Assembly: GCA_963804955.1 (NCBI GenBank) | Contig: CAWDSQ010000007.1 | Coordinates: forward strand, 192,001-256,000 | Direction of reading: 5' to 3' | Source of the DNA: an uncultured delta proteobacterium | Lineage (GTDB): Bacteria; Desulfobacterota; WTBG01; CAIYCZ01; CAIRTM01 | DNA: 64,000 nucleotides | Shown: positions 1 to 9,579 of the stretch, in pieces | How positions within the stretch are numbered: the stretch's first letter is position 1 | Layout of the letters: each line of letters begins with the position of its first letter | Translations under genes and position numbers: made by a program | Notes under the pieces: generated by a model | Told to the model about the DNA's origin: nothing | Seen by the model: the letters and a program-made list of their open reading frames with translations, nothing else | Database searches by the model: none

Positions 1-276
1 GGAGCTTCGTCTCCCGAAGGCGAGCCGGTCTTCCGTTCCGGCCCTGCCGCAATAGGCGCTGACACCTGGCAAACCATCGCTGTGGATCCGCCGGTTACCA
101 TAGAAGCCGCCAGGGATTACTGGGCAGGCTACAGCGTCGTTACCATACCCGGCATAAACCTGCTGGCCCAGGGCGCGAAAGCCAATTACGGAAATAACCG
201 CATCTCATTCAACAGCGGCATCAGTTTCCAAAAAGCCTCAAGCAACTTTCTTGTCAGGCTTGTTGTGAGGCGATAA
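1..276 (+). CDS. 3' end of a hypothetical protein, truncated by the window edge
   Basis: Frame 1 is open from base 1 (GASSPEGEPVFRSGP...WQTIAVDPPVTIEAARDYWAGY...NFLVRLVVRR) to the stop at 276. Confidence 0.6.
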   Translation, partial: GASSPEGEPVFRSGPAAIGADTWQTIAVDPPVTIEAARDYWAGYSVVTIPGINLLAQGAKANYGNNRISFNSGISFQKASSNFLVRLVVRR

Positions 277-499
277 CCCGGGGATGGTCCCTTTACCGGT
301 TTCTTTACAGGTCACTTTTCCCCTTGCCCCGTTTCTCATATTGTGCCCTGTCTGTCTGGGGCTCCGCTGCCTTCCCGTCTTCCCGCCCGCATTTATATTG
401 ACACACAGCCCTTCCGTCTTATATATCATTCCCATCGCAAATTGCGCTTTGGATACTGACCATCAAGCGTCCCGGATGACGAACTCAAGGAGACCTGGT

Positions 500-1798
500 A
501 TGAAAAAAATGTTTCTAGCCGTCCTGATTCTTGCAGCTGGTATTGCCTTTACAGCCTGCACCCGTCCCGTAGCTGAGACCACGGCAGTGGGAACCGCAAC
601 CGGCAATCCCGAAACAAAAACCATCGGCACCGGCGGCGGCACGCTGACATTGCTGGATGGGCGTCTCGAACTCACGGTTCCGCCCGGCGCCCTCTCATCT
701 GAGATTATCCTTTCCGCACAGCCCATCACCAATACTGCCTTCGGCGGGCTGGGCACGGCATATCGCCTCGAGCCGGACGGCGCCACCTTCGCCAAGCCGG
801 TCACCCTCATATTCAAGGCAGGGGCTGAGGATCTGGGTAAAGTCAGCATTGAGGGCATGGGGATGGCTTTTCAGGATGCAGAGGGCTACTGGAAGCGGCT
901 TCCCGGGGCCACCTTCGATGCAGCGGCAAAAACCCTGACGGTCGCGACTGATCATTTCACCGATTACGCACCCGTAGCCGTAACGCTGCTGCAGCCGCTT
1001 GCAAAAACGGTGAAACCAGGTGAAACCGTCGAACTGGAACTGTCCAACTGCTACCCGGTCAATGTCAGCACGGATCCCGATGACTGGCGCGGCTACCGCT
1101 GCGACAATTACTTCGGGGTTGATGAAAGCGCAAAAGAGTGGTTTGTCAACGGGATAACCGGCGGGGATGGCACAGTGGGCACGATCAATGGTATAAGCGA
1201 TTCCGCGCGGTATATCGCACCTGGCGAGCCCCCCTCGCCCTCGACGGTCAACGCCTCGGTAAAGCTGACCAATGGTAGTGGCGCCGAAGCGCAGAATGTC
1301 GAGCTTTTCTCACAGATCACCGTCAGCGAGCCGGGAGATTTCAAGGGCGCCATCACCATCAACTGGCAGTTTTCGGGATTGAACTTCGTCATCACGATCA
1401 ATGACGCGACGCTTACCCTGAAAGATGACGGTATCGATGAAACCAACTATACCCTGAGCGGCACAGCCACAATTTCGCCAGGCACGTTTACCTATGGCGG
1501 CAATGTGTACACGCTCGCAGAAGCTGCGGAGAAAGCTTTCAGCAGCGAGTATGGATTCAAGGTGCGCAAACTTCCTGAACCGGCCGTGCGATGGGGCTAT
1601 GCTGAAATGTGGAACTATACCAGCGGCAGTTCCCCGTTTGGGATTGTTGTAAATTTCGGAACTAAAACGGGCTTAGGGTGCGGGGGAATCGTCGATGTGC
1701 CGATTGCAAGCCTCGACACCCTTGATGGCGAATACACCATGTCATGCATGGAGCCGGCCTATGGCGGCACGGCAATCTGGGAGTTCACGAAGCAGTAA
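500..1798 (+). CDS. Lipoprotein with an N-terminal ZU5-like domain and a beta-rich C-terminal region
   Basis: AAGGAG RBS before ATG at 500; signal MKKMFLAVLILAAGIAFTA-C (lipobox); LELTVPPGAL...YRLEPDGATFAKPVTL...TDHFTDY resembles bacterial ZU5 domains. Confidence 0.75.
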   Translation: MKKMFLAVLILAAGIAFTACTRPVAETTAVGTATGNPETKTIGTGGGTLTLLDGRLELTVPPGALSSEIILSAQPITNTAFGGLGTAYRLEPDGATFAKPVTLIFKAGAEDLGKVSIEGMGMAFQDAEGYWKRLPGATFDAAAKTLTVATDHFTDYAPVAVTLLQPLAKTVKPGETVELELSNCYPVNVSTDPDDWRGYRCDNYFGVDESAKEWFVNGITGGDGTVGTINGISDSARYIAPGEPPSPSTVNASVKLTNGSGAEAQNVELFSQITVSEPGDFKGAITINWQFSGLNFVITINDATLTLKDDGIDETNYTLSGTATISPGTFTYGGNVYTLAEAAEKAFSSEYGFKVRKLPEPAVRWGYAEMWNYTSGSSPFGIVVNFGTKTGLGCGGIVDVPIASLDTLDGEYTMSCMEPAYGGTAIWEFTKQ

Positions 1799-1866
1799 CC
1801 CGCTGTATGCCGGACGGTAAAGATACCGGCATTGCCCGCAGGCAGCTCACGTTACAGAGCTTAGTC

Positions 1867-1902
1867 AAAAGGCAAGGGGGCAACCGCACCCTTGCCTTTT
1901 TT
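1867..1902 (+). terminator. Rho-independent terminator
   Basis: AAAAGGCAAGGG...CCCTTGCCTTTTTT hairpin with T-tract after the lipoprotein gene. Confidence 0.7.
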
Positions 1903-2144
1903 GTTTTCTGTCCATAAAAAAACAGGCGGCTTTTCCTTATTCCTTCCGGGTCATACAGCCGGAAGGTGCAAACAATTTTTTGGCACGTTTCACTTTGCCC
2001 AACCTCCTCCCGGCATTTTTTAATAGAAAAATTTAGCGGCAACAGCTATGATATGATAAAAAAAATTTGCTCCTCTTGATTATCTTTTTGACCACTATCA
2101 GGAACTGCGCAAAATATAAAAACATTAAAAACGGAGAATGCCCT

Positions 2145-2417
2145 ATGCCTGAGAAAAAAAACTGCCCGGGAAAGCTGCCCCCTGAAACCCCTGCCGTCAT
2201 CTGCGCCAACTGCGGCGCTGTAGCCCTGAGCCCGAACAGCGTCTGCAAGCCGCAGGGGCATGGCACAAAAAAAGACTGGTGCGGCACCGAATCCATAAAA
2301 AAACCATCTTTCTGCCGCAACAATGTTCATACAAACCGCTATCAATGCGCCACATGTGGAAAGGTTGCTATTGACTGTGAATTGCTCTGCGCGCCCGAAC
2401 CCCTTGTGCGGAACTGA
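2145..2417 (+). CDS. Small Cys-rich putative metal-binding protein with two C-x2-C-G-x9-C-x-P repeats
   Basis: GGAG RBS then MPEKKNCPG...CANCGAVALSPNSVCKP...CATCGKVAIDCELLCAP. Confidence 0.7.
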   Translation: MPEKKNCPGKLPPETPAVICANCGAVALSPNSVCKPQGHGTKKDWCGTESIKKPSFCRNNVHTNRYQCATCGKVAIDCELLCAPEPLVRN

Positions 2418-2499
2418 CGGGCTGAGGCAGAACAAAGTCCGCAGGCTGGGCAAAGCGCAGCGTTCCCAGTAGTATGTGATTTCGATCATAAGGCTGTTG

Positions 2500-2661
2500 G
2501 GCACGTTTCACTTTGCCCAGCTACCCCCTTTATTTTAATAAGTGGCTATCCCCGGTTATTTACGGAAACAGCCTATGGCGGCATGGCAACCTGGTAGTTC
2601 ACGAAGCAGTAAACCGCTCTGTAGCGGAAGGCACAGATACCGGCAGCGCCCCCAGGCAGCT
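2500..2661 (+). repeat. Degenerate copies of 1982-2001 and 1757-1847
   Basis: GGCACGTTTCACTTTGCCCA is identical at 1982-2001 and 2500-2519; 2571-2661 aligns with the lipoprotein 3' end and its downstream sequence. Confidence 0.8.
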
Positions 2662-2684
2662 TAACCAAAGAAGGGTGGCCTCCC

Positions 2685-3401
2685 TTACTCTTTCCAGGAA
2701 TGCTTCTGTTTTTGTTTGCGGACACATTTCACTGCTAAAGAAATACCCATGCACACAAGCAGAGAAGCTGCAATTGCCAGTGCGCCTGTTTTTCCGACAG
2801 CGGCATAAATCTCGCGCCATCGCTCGCCTCCGATCTTTCCGATAAAAGCAAGCAGCATAAAAAGCGCAAGGTTTGCAAGCAGGAACGCCGTATATATCCT
2901 GGATTCCTTCAGGGCAAGGATGCCGCTTGAAACTACGGCGCATAAATATATGCCCGGAACGAACTTTGAAAAGAATAGCGCCACTGCCCCGTATGTTTCA
3001 AGCCAGTGCCTGGTGCGGGTTACCGCATCATCGTTGATATAGCGGGCAAAGAAAGGCTTTTTGAGTATCGGAGCGCCAAAGTACCGCACAATACGGTAAC
3101 AGAGCACGCTGCCGGCGAACATTCCAAGCGTTGGGGCTGCTATTACCAAAACAAGCGAGCTGTGCCCCTGCGAGACCAGGTATCCGCAAAATACGGTGAC
3201 TAGTTCTATCGGGATGATCGGAAAAAAGAAGTTTGCCAGCCCGGCAAGAAACAATAAAATAAAAAACATGAAGGGGGCATCGGCAAATGATACTGCTGCG
3301 TTAAATAACTGGTCCAGGAGACTCTCCCTGTACGGATACGAGTGCGATTGCGTGTCAACAGAAATGGTTTCGGAAAATCTGAGAGCAGAAAGCAAAGGCA
3401 C
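2685..3401 (-). CDS. DedA family membrane protein
   Basis: FFFPIIPIELV...GMFAGSVLCYRIVRYFG...YGAVALFFSKFVPGI pattern, multiple TM helices; start uncertain. Confidence 0.85.
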   Translation of the reverse strand: MPLLSALRFSETISVDTQSHSYPYRESLLDQLFNAAVSFADAPFMFFILLFLAGLANFFFPIIPIELVTVFCGYLVSQGHSSLVLVIAAPTLGMFAGSVLCYRIVRYFGAPILKKPFFARYINDDAVTRTRHWLETYGAVALFFSKFVPGIYLCAVVSSGILALKESRIYTAFLLANLALFMLLAFIGKIGGERWREIYAAVGKTGALAIAASLLVCMGISLAVKCVRKQKQKHSWKE

Positions 3402-3478
3402 ATGGTCTTTATCGTTAAAACAGGTCGCCCTGTTTCTTCCGGCGCATGAATAAAGAATGTCCGATCTTTTTGCTGCTG

Positions 3479-3862
3479 TTAATCAATGAAGACTTCAAAC
3501 TGATCAATAATGCGGCTGCCGGTTTCATGCATGATATACCTCGCAAGAAGAAACAGGCATGACCCGGCAAGAACAAAAACAATATCAGTCAGGGCTGCTT
3601 TTTGTTTTACGATAAGCCCCTGCGCCAGCTCCAGTAAAACTGCACCCGCGACAACTATTGCCACGGTGAGAGCAATGGGGTTGGGCACCTCCAGCAGTTC
3701 ATTGGTCAGGATGAACCCGAGCGTTGATGTCAGGACAAATGAAACTGCCACCAGAGCACCGCGGCTCGTCAGCCAGGTGTTTCTCCTGTTTGACAGGGCA
3801 ACACTAAGGGTTGCCGCCAAAAGTATCAGAAATACAAGGGAGCATAACGCAAGTGCGGTCAT
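3479..3862 (-). CDS. Hypothetical membrane protein, weakly VanZ-like
   Basis: AGGAAGGAG RBS; four hydrophobic segments; LLELAQGL...LTDIVFVLAG resembles the VanZ E-x2-Q...D motif. Confidence 0.55.
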   Translation of the reverse strand: MTALALCSLVFLILLAATLSVALSNRRNTWLTSRGALVAVSFVLTSTLGFILTNELLEVPNPIALTVAIVVAGAVLLELAQGLIVKQKAALTDIVFVLAGSCLFLLARYIMHETGSRIIDQFEVFID

Positions 3863-4060
3863 CGGGCTCCTTCCTGTGCTGCCTGCATCGGCAACAGGCT
3901 TTGATGTATGCCGGACAGAATAGAACAGGCGGCGTTTGCCTGTCAAGACAAAAGCCCGCATCGGTCTCCGGCTCAGAAGTCAGGCGCATCTCGGCAGAAC
4001 ATGCCCGTATTGCGAACCCACGCCGCCGGCTTCATCGCTCGCCCAGGAGCCTGCCACTGT

Positions 4061-4981
4061 TTACTGTATGCCATCCCGGCCTTCAGCCTGACAGCGAGCT
4101 TCTTTGAAAAAATCCTCAAGGTACCGGGCAAAGCTGCCCTGCCGGACGTCAAAAACCGACTTCATGGCGGTAATGTCGCAGGTGCTGCCGCCGGTGAAGG
4201 CAGATAGTATGCCCCGGGCATTGTACCTGTTGCCGGTCGCGAAATCGATGCATGAGGCGGCAAAGCTTGCAAGCGGCAGGGGCACGAAAATGAAACGGAC
4301 TTTTTTGCCCAGCGCCCGGCAGAAGAGCTGCTCGAAGCTGCGGAAATCGTACTCCTCTTCTCCCGCCGCCTCGATGATCCGCCGGGAGGCTTTGGGGTTG
4401 TCGATGGCATCGGCCATGCACCAGGCCAGGTCCTCAAGCAGTATGGGCCTGATCTTCTCATAGGGCTTCATGAGCAGCGGCACGCGGCCCTTCCGAAGCA
4501 GCGTGCGCCCCAGAAGCTCCGACATGTCCGTGGCAAGCGTGGTTACCCTGAACACCGTATAATCTAGGCCGCTGACCTTCAGCAGGTCCTCCACCATTTT
4601 CTTTATCTTCCCGTGCTCGAAATCGCCGAACTTGGCAAGGCCCCAGTAGCTCACGAAAATAAACTTCCTGAGGCCCGCCTCCTTCGACAGGCGTATGAGC
4701 GCAAGGTTGCCCTCATAGTCATTGGCCCAGAGGGTGGCGACGCTCCGCTCCCTGGCGATATTGGTGGCAAAGCTGCTGATAACCGTGTCGATGCCTTCCA
4801 AAGCCTGCTTCACCGACGCCTGATCCCGCAGGTCGCCCCGGACGATCTCCGCGCCCGTCGCCTCAAGGCCGGTCACATCCGAGCTGTTCCGCACCAGGCA
4901 TCTAACCTTTTTTCCCCTTTTTGCGAGCTCGCGCACTGCGGCGCTGCCCAGATGGCCTGTTGCTCCCACATACAGGATCAT
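4061..4981 (-). CDS. NAD(P)-binding atypical SDR (NmrA/Ycf39-like) oxidoreductase
   Basis: MILYVGATGHLGS Rossmann motif, GDLRD, SGLDYTVFR. Confidence 0.9.
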   Translation of the reverse strand: MILYVGATGHLGSAAVRELAKRGKKVRCLVRNSSDVTGLEATGAEIVRGDLRDQASVKQALEGIDTVISSFATNIARERSVATLWANDYEGNLALIRLSKEAGLRKFIFVSYWGLAKFGDFEHGKIKKMVEDLLKVSGLDYTVFRVTTLATDMSELLGRTLLRKGRVPLLMKPYEKIRPILLEDLAWCMADAIDNPKASRRIIEAAGEEEYDFRSFEQLFCRALGKKVRFIFVPLPLASFAASCIDFATGNRYNARGILSAFTGGSTCDITAMKSVFDVRQGSFARYLEDFFKEARCQAEGRDGIQ

Positions 4982-5065
4982 GGCGTTTTCTCCTTATAAA
5001 ATGCTGGATGAAGATACCGGGTTTTATTCCCCAACCCGGCCTGCGGACTCATAAAAATTTAAGAT

Positions 5066-5287
5066 TCAGGCAATCTCCCGTGAAAATGTGATGACAGCAG
5101 CTTCCCTCGCCCAGAACAGGAGCATCCGGTGCTGCTCAAGCACCATGAAATTCATTTCCCAGCCTTCCGCGCCATAGCGGTTCATAACTTCTTCCATCTT
5201 TTTCACCGGCAGCTTGCTGGCGCCAAGAATCATTGTGCCGAGAGCTCCTTCCCGAACGATCTCAATTTTGAATTCTCTTCTTTTCAT
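5066..5287 (-). CDS. DUF4177-type small protein
   Basis: REFKIEIVREGALGT...EEVMNRYGAEGWEM...TFSRE; GGAG RBS. Confidence 0.75.
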   Translation of the reverse strand: MKRREFKIEIVREGALGTMILGASKLPVKKMEEVMNRYGAEGWEMNFMVLEQHRMLLFWAREAAVITFSREIA

Positions 5288-5449
5288 GTGTATCTCCAAG
5301 GAATGCCCCCTGATTTTAAAAACATGGTGGACGTGCTTCGCAAGTCAACCCTACCAGCTGATTTATTTATGGACGACCCTAACCCCGCTCTCTTTTTTTA
5401 GTTTGTGTAATTTGTCAACGACGTCCCGGAACTGCGCCCACCTACCGGC

Positions 5450-6106
5450 TTACCCGCTAATGAATTGCAAAAACTTGGCGCCCATTTGCGTTGTTCGATC
5501 TCTAATCAAATCATTGCCGGATAACGTGCCGTTAAGTTGCTCAATATTTACGAATCCTCGTAAATACAAATCGCGCCAGATTTGATCATAGAACTCTCGA
5601 CGACCTCGCAACTCTACGTTGTGATTCTCTAGTACTGTCGATAAGCTGCCAATTGACAGACCAGGAACAGACGGGGGGGACTTAAAGAAGCGCAACAAAC
5701 GGATATGCCACTCCGTCATGATATCAACAAAGTTTAAGAACATTTGTTGTTCGCTGTCATCGGGAGAATTTGGACGGGCAGAGTTTAGTACAGCATTTTT
5801 CAGTGCCTCGCGTTTTTCCTGTTGATGTGTCCGAATAGAAATCTGCGTTGCCTGCAAAAGAGTGGAGATAAATTTTTCGTTCTGTTGGATTTTTTCAAAC
5901 GTCAGGCCCTCAGATTCGAGCTTCTTCAAGCGTTCACTAACATCGGTCATCCAATCATCTCGGCGCTTTTCAAGAGGTGGTTGAACGAGTGGCTGCAAAA
6001 ATTCAGCCGCCGCATTTCCGACCAATGGGACCGAACTGACAGCAGCTTTTACAATTGCATGAACGATATCGCCCTTGGAGTTTTTCGGAGTATGATCAGA
6101 AATCAC
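5450..6106 (-). CDS. Hypothetical protein, AT-richer than its neighbours, possibly Abi-alpha/DUF4393-like
   Basis: Uninterrupted 218-aa ORF with AGGAG RBS; SSVPLVGNAAAEFL...QEKREALKNAVLN...FLNFVDIMTEWHIRLL...TTQMGAKFLQFI. Confidence 0.65.
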   Translation of the reverse strand: MISDHTPKNSKGDIVHAIVKAAVSSVPLVGNAAAEFLQPLVQPPLEKRRDDWMTDVSERLKKLESEGLTFEKIQQNEKFISTLLQATQISIRTHQQEKREALKNAVLNSARPNSPDDSEQQMFLNFVDIMTEWHIRLLRFFKSPPSVPGLSIGSLSTVLENHNVELRGRREFYDQIWRDLYLRGFVNIEQLNGTLSGNDLIRDRTTQMGAKFLQFISG

Positions 6107-6151
6107 TACGATTATCTCCTATGTGGTAAAGACTAAATACAAAAAAAGGTA

Positions 6152-6216
6152 GTAGGGTGCGCATCGCGCACCATTTCAATGCCCCTATTAACATCAGTGC
6201 GCGGTGCGAACCCTGC
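6152..6216. repeat. GTAG-type REP doublet (REPIN-like)
   Basis: GTAGGGTGCGCATCGCGCACC...GTGCGCGGTGCGAACCCTGC; same family as 47472-47602. Confidence 0.75.
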
Positions 6217-6220
6217 CTGC

Positions 6221-6878
6221 TCACACGCCATAAAAAATATCCAGCGCGCGTTCAATGCCTTCCTTCCTGCCGAAAAATAAAATATTCCCCTTTACGCCGG
6301 GGTCGTGGTCTACAACGGTTTTCAGATATTCGTCAAAGGATGATTTTATTTTTTCAAGAGCGCTGCCGGTGAGCGGGTCCGCGGTTTTAATAAGCTCAAG
6401 GTAGGCGCTGAAATACTCGCAGAAAATGCTGATTGCCTGCTCATCAAGCTCGCAGGGAATTTTTACCTGGCAGGCTGCCTTTGAATTAACCGACTGGAAT
6501 GCCCTGGGCCGCTATCTTCTGATATTTCATAAGCTCGGGATACTTGCCCCTGATCTCCAGAAGATGATCAAAAAAATCATCGTATTGCTTCTCGCCTCCC
6601 GCGCCGCCCTTGTGCGCATCGACTATAAAGATGCGCTTGTTTCCCAGCATGACTGCTTCGCAGATAAAAACCGGCAGGTCGTATTCTATTTTTGGAGAAA
6701 TGAAAGTGGAGAAAACTTTCATAAAAACAGGCAAGTGTATCTGCATGAGCACCGCGCGGTTGAGCTTTTCAGAGCAGTAGACCTCGCCGTCAAATTTTAT
6801 AAGGCCGAGCATGCGGCCGGGCCGCACCGGGAAGGGATATTTGAGCGCCACCGGTGTGAGGGGCATGGCTGTTCTCAT
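6221..6878 (-). CDS. Ferredoxin-dependent bilin reductase-like protein (PcyA/PebA/PebB/RCCR fold), frameshifted near 6497
   Basis: N-half has SPKIEYDLPVFICEAV...IVDAH; the adjacent frame continues QSVNSKAACQV...FCEYFSAYLELI...FDEYLKTVVDHDPGVKGNILFFGRKEGIERALDIFYGV to the stop at 6221. Confidence 0.6.
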
Positions 6879-6931
6879 AAGAGCAATCGCTTCGCCCTGT
6901 AATTCTGTAATGCTTCTCTATTATGATCACC

Positions 6932-7237
6932 TTACATATAAATTATTGGGAACGGTTCTATGTCACCACCCTGTTTAGTAATTATGCCTACCATGTCAGT
7001 TTTTCTGTGCTTAGGACACTTCTTGATTTGGTTCTCGAATTTCAAGGCCATGCTTTTAGAGTAGCAATTAGCGGTTCGCGCAAGAACTTTAACCGGCGTG
7101 CGCCCTCGTGTGTACCTGGATGCAGTCCCCTCATTATGCTGCTTGAGGCGATGCTCCATATCCGTGGTTATCCCGCAGTAATACGAACCATCGCGGCACT
7201 CAAGCAAATAAATGCAGTATTTATTATCAGGACTCAT
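6932..7237 (-). CDS. GIY-YIG nuclease family protein (UPF0213/YhbQ-like)
   Basis: YCIYLLECRDGSYYCGITTDMEHRLKQHNEG...SRYTRGRTPV...ALKFENQIK. Confidence 0.9.
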   Translation of the reverse strand: MSPDNKYCIYLLECRDGSYYCGITTDMEHRLKQHNEGTASRYTRGRTPVKVLARTANCYSKSMALKFENQIKKCPKHRKTDMVGIITKQGGDIEPFPIIYM

Positions 7238-7300
7238 ATTGAAAATTTCGCACCGAACATTTTACGCTTCGCGAGTCCACAGCGAGCGATGAAAAAAAAT

Positions 7301-7570
7301 TTACCGCAGAGCCGCGGAGAGCGCAGAGAATAAAGTTCTTTTTATTTTTCGCTGAGAGGGCGAAAAATAAAAACTTCTCCGTGTGATTCATGGAGCGAGG
7401 ACTCTTCCCTTTCTGTCCTCTCAGCAGAAGGGGAAATATTTCTCTCTTTGCGTTCTCTGCGCCTCGAGCGCAGCGGGCGGTGAACTTCGCCCCCCTCACC
7501 TCTGGTCCTATCCCCGGTGCAGGTGGCGAGGAGGATTCCGGATGCTGACTTCCGAATTCTGGTTTCTGAT
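7301..7570. repeat. Composite intergenic repeat (CGCAGAG-type inverted repeat, CCCCCTCACCT hairpin, heptamer run)
   Basis: ACCGCAGAGCCGCGGAGAGCGCAGAG pairs with CTCTGCGCCTCGAGCGCAGCGGGCGGT; a related block lies at 9403-9520. Confidence 0.65.
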
Positions 7571-9230
7571 TCAGTGGTACAGGAAACGTTTAATCTTTTT
7601 CGTAGCTGTCTTTTTAAACGGCTCGAAATGCGCTACCACTTTTTGTATTCTTGAGAATTTATTCACCCGTGCATTGACATAAACGTGAAGCTCTTTGGTC
7701 AGCTCTTCGATGTGCTTTTCGATAAACTCGCCGGCTTGCTCTTTCAGGTGCTGATAGGTGTTCTGCAGCTCTTCCATATTGAAATGAACCAGAGCAACGA
7801 GCTTGCCTTTTTGCTGAACAACCACCGATTCAAGAACATGTTTAAACCGGTTGATGATTTCTTCTATCTCTTCGGGATAAATGTTTTCACCGCTGGCGCC
7901 GACAATCATATTCTTCACCCGGCCCTTAAGAAATAAATAACCCCGATGTGTCGAAACAGCCCAAATCACCGGTTTTAAACCAGCCGTCCTCGGTCAGCAC
8001 CTCTTTGGTAAGCTCCGGTTCTTTGTAGTAGCCGAGCATCACGTTTTCGCCGCGGGCCCACACCTCACCCTGGCCGGTAACCGGATCAGGATCATTGATT
8101 TTCAGGGTTACTCCCGGCATCGGCAGCCCCGTTGACTGATGCTTGCCGCAGAACGCATCAAAGCCCGCAAGCAGGGGCGAGGTTTCCGTAAGTCCATAGC
8201 CGACGGCATAGGGGAATTTGCCTTCGATTAAAAACCGTTCCACTTCCGGGTCAAGCTTTGCGCCGCCAATGCCGAAAAATTTTAATCTTCCGCCGAATGT
8301 CTGCATCAGTTTCTTTCCGGCAACCCTGTTCAGCAGCTTGCGGGCTGGAGGAAATTTATACAGCATGCGGGTCAGCGGCTTTGGCATTAAAAGCCGGCAG
8401 TATTTTCCCTTTATATATTTTTTCAATAATCAGCGGCACGGTCAGCATGAGGGTCGGCTTTACCTGCTGCAAGGCAGAGATCAAAACAGAAGCCACGGGC
8501 GGCTTTCTGAGATAACTAATTGACGATCCATACATCATCGGAAATATGAAACCGATGGTGTTTTCATAGGTGTGTGAAAGCGGCAGAACCGAAAGCATAC
8601 TGTCTGTTGTATCTACCGGATGGATTCTCCCTGACATCTCGGCTGTAAAAATCAAATTATGGTGAGTCAGCATGACGCCTTTTGACTTGCCTGTTGTCCC
8701 CGATGTGTAGATGAGCGAGGCCAGATCATGCTTATCAACATGGTACTCTTTTTCAGGCACTGCATCATCGTTAAGCGCGCCTGGCAGCCCGGCTATATCA
8801 GCAGCCGCAGCTGCCGTCGGGCACGACAGCAAACTGCTCGATAACAACCCGCAGCTTTAAAGTCTCGATTTGGATTGGTGAAATTTTACGGTACAGGCTT
8901 TCCGAAACAAAAACTGCTTTTGCCTCAGAGTGCGTCAAAACATTTTCAATTTCGCTTTCACTGAAATCGGGCAGAATCGGAACAACAACAGCCCCCATAG
9001 CGGCTATGGCAAAAAATGCTATGCCCCAATTTGGCTGGTTTGAGCTGAGAATGGCGACTTTGTCGCCGCTTTGAATGCCGCTCTTTTCCAGAAGCGCAAT
9101 TACCGCAGCAGCTGTGCGGGCAACATCGGCATAGGTTAACATCTGTTTCTCCGACAAAACCCAGAGCTGGGCTGGAGCCGAATTGTTGAGCGGAATTTTT
9201 TAACAGATCACCCAGGGTTTTAATTTCCAT
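7571..9230 (-). CDS. Long-chain fatty acid-CoA ligase (AMP-binding), split by about 4 frameshifts
   Basis: LIYTSGTTGKSKGVMLTH, GYGLTETSP, WFKTGDLG and KGRVKNMIVGASGENIYPEEIE in consecutive overlapping ORFs. Confidence 0.9.
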
Positions 9231-9579
9231 ACTTCTTCCATCATCCTTCTTAATGGGATTAAATCAGTAAGTCGGGCGGCGCTGTTTATTTAGCTCCCCG
9301 CGCTTTAAAGTCATGAAATATTCTTTAAATATTTAATAAAAATTCTAAATTTTGTCAAAGTGAAATAAAAGCCAAAGAAAGACCGCCGCGGCGGACAGGA
9401 GGTTTCACTGCAGAGTTGCAGAAGGCACAGAGCTAAGAAGTTTTATTTTTCGCCTGAGATGACGAGAATCACACCCCCCTCACCTCTATCCTCTCCCCCG
9501 TACCGGGGGCGAGGAGGGACAAAAATGCAGGCGCAGCGGCCGGTGAAAAGTTCGGGGGCCGCAGGGTACGCTCAGGCTT

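Noticed and set aside
1981..2001. Sigma-54 promoter (TGGCACG...TTGC)
   Set aside because: The spacing between GG and GC is too long for the strict -24/-12 arrangement.
1757..2661. Diversity-generating retroelement VR/TR pair
   Set aside because: Mismatches are not adenine-specific (C/T, T/C, G/T and others) and there is no reverse transcriptase in the window.
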